Below are positions 10,057 through 19,500 of a stretch of 64,000 bases of DNA, piece by piece. A program made the translations under genes and the position numbers. Source of the stretch: a bacterium. GTDB lineage: Bacteria > Desulfobacterota > DSWW01. The DNA lies in the NCBI GenBank assembly GCA_040756235.1, contig JBFLZG010000084.1, positions 32,001 through 96,000 on the forward strand, given 5' to 3'. Each line of letters opens with the position of its first letter. Position 1 is the first letter of the stretch. The notes beneath the pieces were generated by a model. The model did not search any database, was not told where the DNA came from, and saw nothing but the letters and a program-made list of their open reading frames with translations.

Positions 10057-10182
10057 CAGGCCGTTCAAAAGGGTCCAGATGCAAGGCGCGCGAAGTTTGA
10101 GGAACGAGGCGTACTCGCTGTCGTACGCCGCAGTGACGATAAACGAGCGCAACGCAGCAGATGGGCCCTTTTCAACGGCCTG
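10057..10182 (+). mobile_element. MITE-like palindromic repeat, copy 2 (minimal core)
   Basis: Terminal inverted repeats CAGGCCGTTCAAAAGGGTCCAGATGC / GCAGATGGGCCCTTTTCAACGGCCTG; internal GGCGTAC..GTACGCC hairpin. Confidence 0.85.
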
Positions 10183-12564
10183 CTACAGTTCGTACTCGGT
10201 GCGGGCTACAATCTCCTCCTGGGCCGCGCTGCTCAACCCCGTGAACAGGGCCGAGTAGCCGCTCACGCGCACGACCAGATCCCGGTGGTTCTCCGGATGG
10301 AGCTGGGCATCTCTCAAGACGTCCGCGCCCACCATGTTGAACTGGACCTGCAGGCCGCCGCGCTCGAAGTAGGTATCGATGAAGGCTTTGAGGTTCTCGG
10401 CACGAAGCCTCTTCCCGTGAAAACGCATGTTGAGGTTGGCGCCGTTCGAGACCCGCTTCAGGGGCAGCTTGGTGACCGACCGGAGCACGGCCGTGGGGCC
10501 GAGGAACGCGTTCCCGGTCATGGGCGTCAGCCCGTTCCCGAGCACTGCGCCGGAGGGTCGGCCATCCGGGGTGGCTCCCGTGAACGCGCCCATGGCGATG
10601 TGGAAGCCGACCGAGAAGACGCCGGGCCAGAAGGCGCCTCCCCTGTAGCTCCGGTAGCCGGAGAGCTCGTTGCAGAAATGATCGAGCACGCGTGCCGCGA
10701 GCCCGTCCACCTCGTCGTCGTCGTTCCCGTACTTGGCGATCTTGCGAAGCAGGTAGACCCGCTTGTCCTCCGCCTCGCGCCAGTTGTTGGCCAGCCATTC
10801 CACGAGCTGCCCCAGAGTCAGGCTCCGGTCCTCGAACACCGCCGTGCGGATCGCATGGAGGCTGTCGGCCACGTTCGCGAAGCCGATGAGCTCGACGCCG
10901 GTCGAGTTGTAGAGGGCGCCGCCCCGGGTGAGGTCGAGCCCTCTTTCGAGCGGGCCCTCGATCATGGCCGATGCAAAAGGGGAGGGGACGATCTCGGCAA
11001 TGGCCTGGTCGAGGGCGGCCATGCCCCGGACCATCTGGCGCACGAAGTGAGAGACCTGGGCCGCGTAGGCAGTCCAGACATCCTCGAAGGCGCGGAAGGT
11101 CCTCGGATCGCCGGTCCGTATGCCCGCGGGCGATCCGAGCACGGTGTCCGTACCGTTGCTCAGCGCCAGCTCCAGACACTTGATGGCATTGAGCTGCACC
11201 GCAAAGGTGGAGCCGAAGGTCCTGCCCTGGGCGTTCGGCTCCAGGCAGCCGACCACGCCGTAGTCCCGGGCGTGCTCGAGCGCGTGCCCGGCGGCGGTCA
11301 GCGAAGGGATGATCGCGTCGTCGTTGAAGAAGTGCAGCGCCACGCCATCCCGGGCGTATTGCACGGCCTTCAGGAAGAAGTCCGGGGGAGACAAGGCGCT
11401 CAGGCGGACCCCGAAGTTCGGCTGCACGGTGCGGAGGTCGGCGTAGGCGTCCAGGGCGATCCGGCTGAGCTCGCTGGTCGCGTCTTTCCCGTCCGGCCCG
11501 ACTCCCCCGACGACCACGTTCTGGGTCGTCTTGCCTTCGGCGCCCTCGCCCCCCGGGATGAAGGCTTCCTCCAGCACGTTCCAGATCTCGTTGGTCTTGA
11601 GGTACAGGAGAGAGAGAAGCTCCCTGGCCTCCTCGGGCGTCGTCCGGCCGGACCGCCGGTCGCCAAGGTAGTAAGGCAGCAGGATCCGGTCGATCCGGCC
11701 CAGGGAGATGGAGTTGCCTCCGGACTCGATCTGGGCGATGAGATGGATGAAGTAGACGCTCTGGACGGCTTCGCGGAAGGTCCGCGCCGGGTGCTCCGGC
11801 ACGCGGCTGCACACGGCCGAGATCTCCTCCAGCTCTCTCTTCCTTGCCGGGTCGCTCTCAGCCGCAGCCAGCTCCTGAGCCAGGGCCGCGTGCCGGCGGG
11901 CGAACCGGATCGCCGCGTCGAGCGAACGGATCACCGCATCGTAGAAGAAGCCCTTGTCTCCGGCCCTGTCCCTGCCGGACAATGCCGCGCGCTTCGTCCG
12001 GGTCTCGTCGATGATGCCGCGGAGCCCGAGGCGGAGCACGCGGGGATGATCCATGGTGAAGTGGCCGATACCGTAAGTGATCTCCAGCATCATGGTGAAG
12101 ACGTAGGTGTCCATGTCGCGGGACACGTCCGCCGGCAGGAGCTCCCGCAGGCGATCCTCTACGGTTCTGCCTTTCCAGAAGGGCAGGACCTGATCACGCA
12201 GCACGCGCTTCTCCTCGTCGGTGATGAGGGCCTTCTGGAGGAGGCGCCGGTCGAAGCTCTCCAGGTCTCCTTCGATCCATTGAGATTTGTTTTCCGGGAA
12301 GAGAGGCGCGCCCTTGAGCTTCGAGGTCCGGCAGCCCACGACGAGCTCGCCCTCCCGAATGATCACGCGGGCACGGTCGAGCACGTGCGCCAGGGCCATG
12401 CTCATGCGGGTCAGGGGATGACGGCACCAGTTTTCGGTCATCGATCGGGTGAGGTGCAGGGCACGCTCGACGCAGACTTCCTGAGGAGCGTCCACAATCC
12501 GCTCCCGCAGCCTTTCCACCCTTGACCTTGGCACGCTTGCGCAGGCGGCTTCCGAGGGAGGCAT
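10183..12564 (-). CDS. Glycyl radical enzyme (PFL-like superfamily, eliminase/dehydratase-type Cys loop), substrate unknown
   Basis: 793 aa; Cys loop GCLEP (11236-11250); C-terminal glycyl motif RVSGY (10255-10269); GATPDGR, QFNMV. Confidence 0.93.
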   Translation of the reverse strand: MPPSEAACASVPRSRVERLRERIVDAPQEVCVERALHLTRSMTENWCRHPLTRMSMALAHVLDRARVIIREGELVVGCRTSKLKGAPLFPENKSQWIEGDLESFDRRLLQKALITDEEKRVLRDQVLPFWKGRTVEDRLRELLPADVSRDMDTYVFTMMLEITYGIGHFTMDHPRVLRLGLRGIIDETRTKRAALSGRDRAGDKGFFYDAVIRSLDAAIRFARRHAALAQELAAAESDPARKRELEEISAVCSRVPEHPARTFREAVQSVYFIHLIAQIESGGNSISLGRIDRILLPYYLGDRRSGRTTPEEARELLSLLYLKTNEIWNVLEEAFIPGGEGAEGKTTQNVVVGGVGPDGKDATSELSRIALDAYADLRTVQPNFGVRLSALSPPDFFLKAVQYARDGVALHFFNDDAIIPSLTAAGHALEHARDYGVVGCLEPNAQGRTFGSTFAVQLNAIKCLELALSNGTDTVLGSPAGIRTGDPRTFRAFEDVWTAYAAQVSHFVRQMVRGMAALDQAIAEIVPSPFASAMIEGPLERGLDLTRGGALYNSTGVELIGFANVADSLHAIRTAVFEDRSLTLGQLVEWLANNWREAEDKRVYLLRKIAKYGNDDDEVDGLAARVLDHFCNELSGYRSYRGGAFWPGVFSVGFHIAMGAFTGATPDGRPSGAVLGNGLTPMTGNAFLGPTAVLRSVTKLPLKRVSNGANLNMRFHGKRLRAENLKAFIDTYFERGGLQVQFNMVGADVLRDAQLHPENHRDLVVRVSGYSALFTGLSSAAQEEIVARTEYEL

Positions 12565-12679
12565 GGGTTCCTCCGTTTCCGGTCCGGCCGCTCTCCCTGC
12601 GCGACCCGCGGGGCTCTGCAGGACGAGTCCGGTCCGGTCTTGTACGGCTTCTGTTGGCGTCGGCGTCCTCTTCAGGTCG

Positions 12680-13510
12680 CTAGACTTGGATTCCCATGTG
12701 GTTGAGCAGGATCCTATCCCTTACGGCCCGAGGCAGGGTCCGGTTGAGGAAGAGAAAGACGGTGCTCATGAAATCCACCTGGTTGTGCACTCCGGGCTTG
12801 GCGGACTCGAGGACCTTCACGATCCTCTCGGCAGCCTGGAGCGGGGTGGGGGCGGTCCGGATCAGCTCCCGATCCCTCTCGATGAAGCGCCTGGCTCGCT
12901 CCCGGTAAGGAGAGCCTTCCCGAGGCAACTTGTGACTCTTCTCGGCAAAGGCCGTGGAGACCTGCGCCGGCTCGATGACCGCCACCCGGATCCCGAACGG
13001 CTCGACTTCGTAGCGGAGGGAAAGCAGAAGACCCTCGAGGGCGAACTTCGAGGCCGAGTAAACGGATTCGAAGGGGAAGGGCACCTGCCCTACCAGAGAG
13101 GACATGGCGACGAGCTTGCCGGACCTTCGCTCACGCATGGACGGCAGGAAAGCCTGAAAGACCGCTGCCGCCCCGATCACGTTGATCTCGAGGCAGCGCA
13201 GGGCCGACTCGAGGTCGACCTCCTCGAACGGGCCGAAGAAGCCGATGCCCACGTTGGAAAAAACCGTATCGGCCCTCCCGAACCGGGCCAGGACCCTGTC
13301 CCGGAACGAGAGGACGCCTGCTCGATCCGTCACGTCCAGGACCGAGAGCAGGTGGGCGGCCCCGGCCCTCTCGAGATCTTCGGCGAGAGACTCGACCCCT
13401 GCCGCGTCCACGTCGAAGCCGGCGATCGTTGCGCCCCTGGCTGCCAGGAGCCTGGCCACTTCCCGGCCCATGCCCTGGGCGACTCCCGTGATGACCACGA
13501 TCTGGTCCAT
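12680..13510 (-). CDS. Short-chain dehydrogenase/reductase (SDR)
   Basis: VITGVAQGMG, SNVGIG, YSASK (YxxxK), IEPA. Confidence 0.92.
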   Translation of the reverse strand: MDQIVVITGVAQGMGREVARLLAARGATIAGFDVDAAGVESLAEDLERAGAAHLLSVLDVTDRAGVLSFRDRVLARFGRADTVFSNVGIGFFGPFEEVDLESALRCLEINVIGAAAVFQAFLPSMRERRSGKLVAMSSLVGQVPFPFESVYSASKFALEGLLLSLRYEVEPFGIRVAVIEPAQVSTAFAEKSHKLPREGSPYRERARRFIERDRELIRTAPTPLQAAERIVKVLESAKPGVHNQVDFMSTVFLFLNRTLPRAVRDRILLNHMGIQV

Positions 13511-13561
13511 GATGCCTCCGCTGTGAGCCGGTGCCGCCTCGAGCCCGGCTCCCCTCTCGGG

Positions 13562-14134
13562 TCAGAGACCCTCTTCCGCAAACAGCCGCTTCAACTCGGC
13601 GGGATCGACTCCCTCTTTGTTTCTGGCGACTTCCTTCCTGGCCCGTTTCAGCCACGTCAGGAATGCCTCGTTGAAGAGGAGCCCCAGCTCGGCCAACAGC
13701 TTCACGTAGAGGCCGTGCCGCCTCCAGCGCTTCATGTTGTCTCGTCTGCGCCCGAGCAGACGCTGGTACGTTCGAATCTGCTCGTCCAGTAGAGCCAGGG
13801 CCCGCTCCTTGCGGCCGAACCCGAGGAACACGAACCGGAGGAGGAAGGGATCTCGGAAGACGAGCGTTCTCTCCGGAGAGCCTTCCAGCCAGCGGGCGAA
13901 CGCCTCCCGTCCAGCCTCCGTGATGGAATAGGGTTTCCTCTCCATGGCTCCGTTGCGGTCCACGGCCTGCTTCCGGATGAGGCCCTCGCCGTCCAGTTGC
14001 TTGAGGCAGGGATAGATCTGGCCATAGTTGATGGACCACATAAAACTGAAATGCTCTTCGAGATGGGCCTTGATCCGATACCCGTGCATGTCGCCGTAGT
14101 GCAGAAGCCCCAGGATCGCGTACTTGACCGACAT
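13562..14134 (-). CDS. PadR-family transcriptional regulator
   Basis: ILGLL..GDMHGY, GQIYPCLKQL, RKPYSITEAG. Confidence 0.92.
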   Translation of the reverse strand: MSVKYAILGLLHYGDMHGYRIKAHLEEHFSFMWSINYGQIYPCLKQLDGEGLIRKQAVDRNGAMERKPYSITEAGREAFARWLEGSPERTLVFRDPFLLRFVFLGFGRKERALALLDEQIRTYQRLLGRRRDNMKRWRRHGLYVKLLAELGLLFNEAFLTWLKRARKEVARNKEGVDPAELKRLFAEEGL

Positions 14135-14159
14135 GAAGGTTCCTCCGTCCCGTCACCGC

Positions 14160-14191
14160 TGACGATATATATAGAAAGTATATATTGTCAA
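14160..14191 (-). promoter_or_regulatory. Sigma-70-like promoter overlapped by an AT-rich inverted repeat (candidate PadR operator)
   Basis: Minus-strand TTGACA at 14186-14191 with an AT-rich -10 region; inverted repeat TGACGATATATA...TATATATTGTCA immediately upstream of padR. Confidence 0.6.
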
Positions 14192-14351
14192 GAAAATTTT
14201 CCGGAGCTTCTCGGGACCGGGGTCCGCTCGCAGAAAACAAGCGAGGAGGCTCCGCGATGACCCCTTGACCGGTCGCTTGGCGGTGATTACCTAGAGGGCG
14301 AAACGGGTGAATTGGTCAGCCAATTAAACCATTTAACAGGAGGAAACCACC

Positions 14352-14795
14352 ATGCTGGTACGCTGGAATCCTTTGCGGGACCTGGAAACGTTGCACGGCG
14401 AGATCGATCGGATTTTCGACGAAGCTGTCGGACGTCCTGTCATGAGAGGCGAAACGAGGACGGCAAGCTGGGTGCCGACCGTGGACATTCACGAGGACCA
14501 GGACGGCGTCAACCTCTCGGCCGACCTTCCGGGGATGACCCAGAAGGACGTCAAGGTGAACATCGACAACGGCATTCTGACCTTGTCCGGTGAGAGGAAG
14601 CTGGAGCGCGAGAACAAGAAAGAGAGCTACCATCGCCTTGAGAGGTTCTACGGCAGCTTCAGCCGTTCCTTCTCCCTGCCCAACACGGTCAACACGGAGA
14701 AGGTCGACGCCCGAATGGAGCACGGCGTGCTCAAGATCCATCTCCCCAAGAGGGAAGAGGCGAAGCCGAAGCAGATCGAGATCAAGGTCAGCTAA
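14352..14795 (+). CDS. Hsp20/alpha-crystallin small heat-shock protein
   Basis: WVPTVDI, ADLPG, ERFYGSFSRSFSLP, GVLKIHLPK; AGGAGG RBS. Confidence 0.95.
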   Translation: MLVRWNPLRDLETLHGEIDRIFDEAVGRPVMRGETRTASWVPTVDIHEDQDGVNLSADLPGMTQKDVKVNIDNGILTLSGERKLERENKKESYHRLERFYGSFSRSFSLPNTVNTEKVDARMEHGVLKIHLPKREEAKPKQIEIKVS

Positions 14796-14948
14796 GGGAA
14801 GTCGCGGCCGTGGGTCTCCGCCTCAAGGTCTTTCCTGCGGGACCCGCGGCCACGGCCGCACCGCTGAGCAAATCGAAGCGGCGCTTCTTGCATGAAGGAA
14901 GCCCGACATGCGAGTGCAGATTGCTTCCCCCAGTCAGCCGAGATCCTG

Positions 14949-15296
14949 ATGAAGAACTACTTAGAGCTGGTCCCACAAGCTCTGGTTCGGGAGCCTGTTC
15001 AACAATGCCCAGATGCCAGGCGCGCGAAATCCCGAGGAATGAGGCGTACATTTCAGTACGCCGCAATGACGAGGGACGAGCGCAACGCCGCAGATGGGCG
15101 TTTTGGGACAGGCTCTACTTACGTCATCTTGGAGCTCACCAGGCAGGCCAGCGAGGAAGACATCCGCAGGGCCCATCGCAGGCTGGCCGCCCGGTATCAC
15201 CCGGACGTGAGCCGGGAACCTGACCCCGACAAGTTCCGAGAGAGGACCCACATGAGGAGGAAGGAAAATGGCTCTTCGTTTCGATCCCGTCCGTGA
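14949..15296 (+). pseudogene. DnaJ J-domain remnant interrupted in frame by the MITE-like repeat and truncated after HPD
   Basis: MKNY + 53 element-derived codons + YVILEL...EEDIRRAHRRLAARYHPD...DKFR; the expected EINEAY-type continuation is absent. Confidence 0.7.
14964..15115 (+). mobile_element. MITE-like palindromic repeat, copy 3 (with outer extension), flanked by TACTTA direct repeat
   Basis: GAGCTGGTCCCA...inner GAGCCTGTTCAA (14991)...TGGGACAGGCTC; TACTTA at 14958-14963 and 15116-15121. Confidence 0.85.
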
Positions 15297-15711
15297 AATG
15301 GACGGCATCCGGGAAGGAGTCCGGCGGGTCTTTCAGGATTCCCTGACCAAAATGCGAAAGGAGAAAGGCGGGACCGAGCTCACGGAGTGGGTTCCGCTGA
15401 TCGACATGTTTCATGACAAGGATGTCTTCATCCTGAGCATGGATCTGCCGGGGGTGGACAGGAAGGACGTCGAGATCCGGCTGAACGAAGACGTGCTTAC
15501 GGTCCGAGGCGACCGGAAGCTCGAGAAGCAGAGCCAGTATTATCTCAGGATCGAGTCGCCTTACGGGACATTCGAGCGTTCCTTTACCGTTCCCGACTCG
15601 GTGGACACGGGCAAGATCGAGGCCAAGCTCGAAAAGGGCGTGCTCGAGATCGTCCTGCCCCGGAGAGAAGAACCCGGGCCCAGGCAGGTCCAGATCGCGG
15701 TCAAGGAGTGA
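15268..15711 (+). CDS. Hsp20/alpha-crystallin small heat-shock protein (second copy)
   Basis: WVPLIDM, MDLPGV, YGTFERSFTVP, GVLEIVLP. Confidence 0.93.
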   Translation: MALRFDPVREMDGIREGVRRVFQDSLTKMRKEKGGTELTEWVPLIDMFHDKDVFILSMDLPGVDRKDVEIRLNEDVLTVRGDRKLEKQSQYYLRIESPYGTFERSFTVPDSVDTGKIEAKLEKGVLEIVLPRREEPGPRQVQIAVKE

Positions 15712-15735
15712 GCGCGGGCTTGGCTTTTTGAGCGC

Positions 15736-15775
15736 GACAGAACCGGGCGCCACTTCGGCGCCCGGTTCTGTCTTT
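15736..15775 (+). terminator. Rho-independent terminator-like hairpin
   Basis: GACAGAACCGGGCGCC-ACTTC-GGCGCCCGGTTCTGTC, a 16-bp perfect stem followed by TTT, after the second hsp20. Confidence 0.75.
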
Positions 15776-15903
15776 CAGGGACGGAAGGATCTGCACCGCA
15801 GGTGCAAGAGCTGCACCGGGAAACCCGCCGACTTCACGTTCCCTTCAGCCCTTTCGGTGGAGAATTCATTGGTGCCATGGGGTCTCCGGCGCTCTTCCCG
15901 GAT

Positions 15904-15919
15904 TGGCACCGCTTTTGCT
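15904..15919 (+). promoter_or_regulatory. Sigma-54 -24/-12 promoter
   Basis: TGGCAC-CGCTT-TTGCT, an exact consensus match, 85 bp before the ATG at 16005. Confidence 0.7.
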
Positions 15920-16004
15920 CAAGGGTTCGGAAGGCTCAGGGCGATTTCACCATGGGGGATTGAGGCGGAGTCCACGAGTCTTCCATAATCGGGAGGGAAC
16001 GCAC

Positions 16005-16412
16005 ATGAGAACATCGAGTCTGAAGCTTCTTGGCATCTGCTTGCTGTTGCTTGCAGCCGTCTCGGGCATTCGCGCCTCGCAAGCCCGGGCGCTGGAGGTC
16101 GCCATCGACATCAGTCCGAACGTTCTGAACCTCGAGAGCCAGGGGACGGTCGTCACCGTGCACACGGACCTGGACTATGAGCAGGTGGACGCCTACTCGG
16201 TCTACCTGAACGATGTTGCGATCAGCAGCTGGAAGGCGGACAACCGCGGGGACTTCGTCGCCAAGTTCTCCATGGAGGAGGTCAAGAGCCTGGATGGGCT
16301 GGTCATCGATGAATACAACACTCTGCAAATAGCGGGGGTGACCACCGATGGCGAGGCGTTCGCGGGGGCACAGGACATCCTGGTGATCGACAAGATTCCC
16401 CGGGGGCAGTAA
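16005..16412 (+). CDS. Small secreted hypothetical protein
   Basis: GGGAGG RBS; signal-peptide-like MRTSSLKLLGICLLLLAAVSGIRA; beta-rich mature part (IDISPNVLNL). Confidence 0.7.
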   Translation: MRTSSLKLLGICLLLLAAVSGIRASQARALEVAIDISPNVLNLESQGTVVTVHTDLDYEQVDAYSVYLNDVAISSWKADNRGDFVAKFSMEEVKSLDGLVIDEYNTLQIAGVTTDGEAFAGAQDILVIDKIPRGQ

Positions 16413-16450
16413 TCCGGATGATCGGGTTTGGCTCGTTTCCCATGGTGCGC

Positions 16451-16486
16451 AGGGGGGCGGAGCCTGGCGGGCTTCCGCCCCCTTTC
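16451..16486. terminator. Hairpin between convergent genes
   Basis: AGGGGGGCGGAGCC...GGCTTCCGCCCCCTTTC imperfect inverted repeat. Confidence 0.5.
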
Positions 16487-16591
16487 ATTCTCGGGCCGCA
16501 TACACGGGTGCTGCCCGTCCTCTCGCTCTCGAGCGGCCGCGCGCTGCAGTCACGGACACGGCACTGCAAGGCTGCGTCGAGAGCTCTCCGT

Positions 16592-19500
16592 TCAGCGGAT
16601 CTTCTTCTTCGCCTCGTTGTTGTTCTCGTTGCTCTCCTGGACGGTCTGGTCGGCATCGGTCACGGCAACGAGAGAGCCGTCTTTCGGGTCCGAACGGAAC
16701 CAGTAGATGCGAAGATCGAGCGTGGTCCGCCCCTTGGCAAGCCTTGAAATGCCGGTCCTGTCGAGATACTGCCGATCCGAGCTGCCTTGCGGACTGTAGT
16801 AGTACCGGATCTTGAACGCCCCTGCATCGGCGTCTCCGATGTTCGCCACCTTCAAGGTGGCAAGCACGAACCATCCTCGGGGCGTTCTGATTTTCAGGTA
16901 AAGGAGTTTGCTCCAGCTGCCCTTCAGGTCCGGCCTTGCGGCGGCGCAGTCGGGGTCCTGGGCGTCGACCAAGCCGTCGCAGTCGTTGTCCTCGCCGTCG
17001 TCACAGGACTCCGCCGTACCCGGATGCGTCGCCGGGTCGTCGTCCGCGCAGTCTCCCTGGCACGACGTGTAACCGTCTCCATCCTCGTCAAAGCCTTCGT
17101 CCACCTCTGCGTCGCAGTTGTCATCGATGCCGTTACAGGTCTCGGCAGCACCGGGATTGACGAGGGCCTCGCTGTCATTGCAGTCGGTCGCGTTTTCCAC
17201 GTAGGCCGGCGGCGGCGCGCAGGCTTCGACGGTGAGGCCGGGATCGGGATCGCCGTATCCGTCACCATCAAGGTCCAGGTAGTAGGTGCTCAAGACGCCC
17301 TCGTCCGTCTGCCCGTCGCAATTGTTGTCTCGCCCGTCGCAGACCTCCTCGGCCGGAATGCCGGGCATGCAGTCGTTGAGCGGCAGGCCGTTCTCACACG
17401 AGAGGACGCCCGTGGAAGAGCACTCGCCGACCCCGCAGGAGGTGGGAGTCGGGGTGAAGTTTTCGTCTGCTGCGCCGTTGCAGTTCTCGTCTACGCCATT
17501 GCAGTCGTCGTCGGCGCCGGTCGGGTCGCCGGGCTCGCAGGTATCGACGAGGGCTCCGGCCTGGCAGGTGCTCTGGCCGGTCGCGGCGCAGACGCCCTGG
17601 CCGCAGGAGGTGGGGGTCGGAATGAAATCTTCGTCCACGTCGTCATCGCAGTCATCGTCTGCGCCGTTGCAGACCGACTCCGCAATGCCGGAAGGAGTGC
17701 ACACGTATTCACAGCTGCTGTCGTCCGAATCGGCCGCCCCATCGCAGTCGTTGTCCTGACCATCGGTGCAATTCGGGGCCCCGTAGGGGCCTTCAGCCTG
17801 CGGCTCGCCGGGCTCGCAGGTGTCGACGAGCGCGCCACCCTGGCAGGTATTCTGTCCTGTTGACGCGCAGACGCCTTGGCCGCAGGAGGTCGGCTCCGGC
17901 ACGAAGTCCTCGTCCGCGTCGCCGTCGCAATCATCGTCTGCGCCGTTGCACTCGGTTTCCGGGATCCCGGTTGGAGTGCAGGCATATTCACAGTTGCTGT
18001 CGTCCGCATCGGCTGCCCCGTCGCAGTCATTGTCCAGACCGTCGCTGCAGGTCGGGGCCCCGTAAGGACCTTCGGCCTGCGGCTCTCCGGGCTCGCAGGT
18101 GTCGACGAGGGCTCCGGCCTGGCAGGTGCTCTGGCCGGTGGCCGCGCAGACGCCCTGGCCGCAGAAGGTGGGAGTCGGAACGAAGTCCTCGTCCGCGCCG
18201 CCGTCGCAGTCGTCGTCCGCGCCATTGCATTCCGACTCCGGAACTCCGGTTGGTGCGCAGAGCTCGACGTGGACCTCGGCCGTGTCGACCCCGTTCAGAC
18301 CTTCGTCGTCCCACACCTGCAAGGTCACGGCGCCGACGAACTCGGTGTCCCAGGTGTGTTCCATGAACGGGACCTCGGACCCGTCGTCATAATAGCCGTC
18401 GTTGTCCCAGTCCCACTCGTACCATTGGATCTGGCCGTTGCGATCGTGAGAAGCGCTGGCATCGAAGATCACGGGAGCGCCCGGGCTTCCGAAGTAGGGT
18501 CCGCCGGCCTCGGCCACCGGCTCCCCGTAGTTTACGTCCACCGAGGCGGTGTCGATCGCAGCGTTTCCGTCATCGTCCCACACCTGCAGCGTGACGGTGC
18601 CGACGAATGCGTCGTCCCACGTGTGCTCGATGACAGGGGAGCTGCCCGCGTCGTCGGGATAGCCGTCATCGTCCCAATCCCACTCGTACCAGACGATCTG
18701 ACCGTTGGGATCGTAGGAGGCGCTGGCATCAAACAGGATCGGCAAAGCTGCGACCCCGAGATACGGTCCCCCGGCCTCGGCCACCAGCTGGCCGGAAGCG
18801 ACGAAGACGGAGGCGGTGTCGATTCCGGTCAGATCCCGGTCGTCCCGGACCCGCAGGGTGACGGTGCCGGAAAACTCGTTGTCCCACGTGTGCTCGATGG
18901 AAGGAGAAGAGCCCGCGTCGTCATAATTGCCGTCGTTGTCCCAGTCCCACTCGTACCACACGATCTCGCCGTCGATATCGTGGGAGCCGCCGGCATCGAA
19001 CAGGATCGGGAGGCCAGCGACGCCCTGGTAGGGTCCCCCGGCCTCGGCCACCGGCTCCCCGAAGCCCACGTCCACGGCAGCAGTGTCGGTGCCCGTCTGA
19101 TCCTCGTCATCCCAGACCCGCAGCGTGACCGTGCCGGTGAATTCGGCGTTCCAGGTGTGCTGGGCGGCAGGGGACGCGCTCTGGTCGTCGAAAACGCCGT
19201 CCCCGTCCCAGTCCCACTCGTACCGGACGATCTCGCCGTCCGGGTCATGGGAGCCGCTCGCATCGAACAAGACCGGCGACCCGATGACGCCCGCGTAGGG
19301 CCCGCCGGCCTCGGCCACCGGGAGCCTGGCAACGAGCTCCGCATAGGCTGCGCCGAATCCGGTCAGGCCGTCGTTGTCCACGACCTTCAGCCGGACCAGG
19401 CCGGTGTATTCGTTGACCCAGGTGTGCTCGATGACCGGATCAAAGGTCGTCTCATCGGAGGTCCCGTCCCCATTCCAATCCCATTCGTAGCGGACGATGG

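Noticed and set aside
4431..12525. Long plus-strand ORFs (4431..7214, 8172..10100, 9955..12525) and similar shadows elsewhere (e.g. 29248..31491, 50492..52567, 61722..63983)
   Set aside because: They are antisense shadows of well-supported genes, expected in high-GC DNA, with no recognisable motifs.
10183..12564. Calling the GRE pyruvate formate-lyase (pflB), cutC, hypD or islA
   Set aside because: It lacks the vicinal Cys-Cys of PFL, and neither the neighbourhood nor residues I can verify by eye support a specific assignment.
14260..14295. Heat-shock (sigma-32-like) promoter upstream of hsp20 (CCCCTTGACC...ATTACCTAG)
   Set aside because: The -35 is plausible but the -10 match is too weak to call; no CIRCE or HAIR operator was seen.
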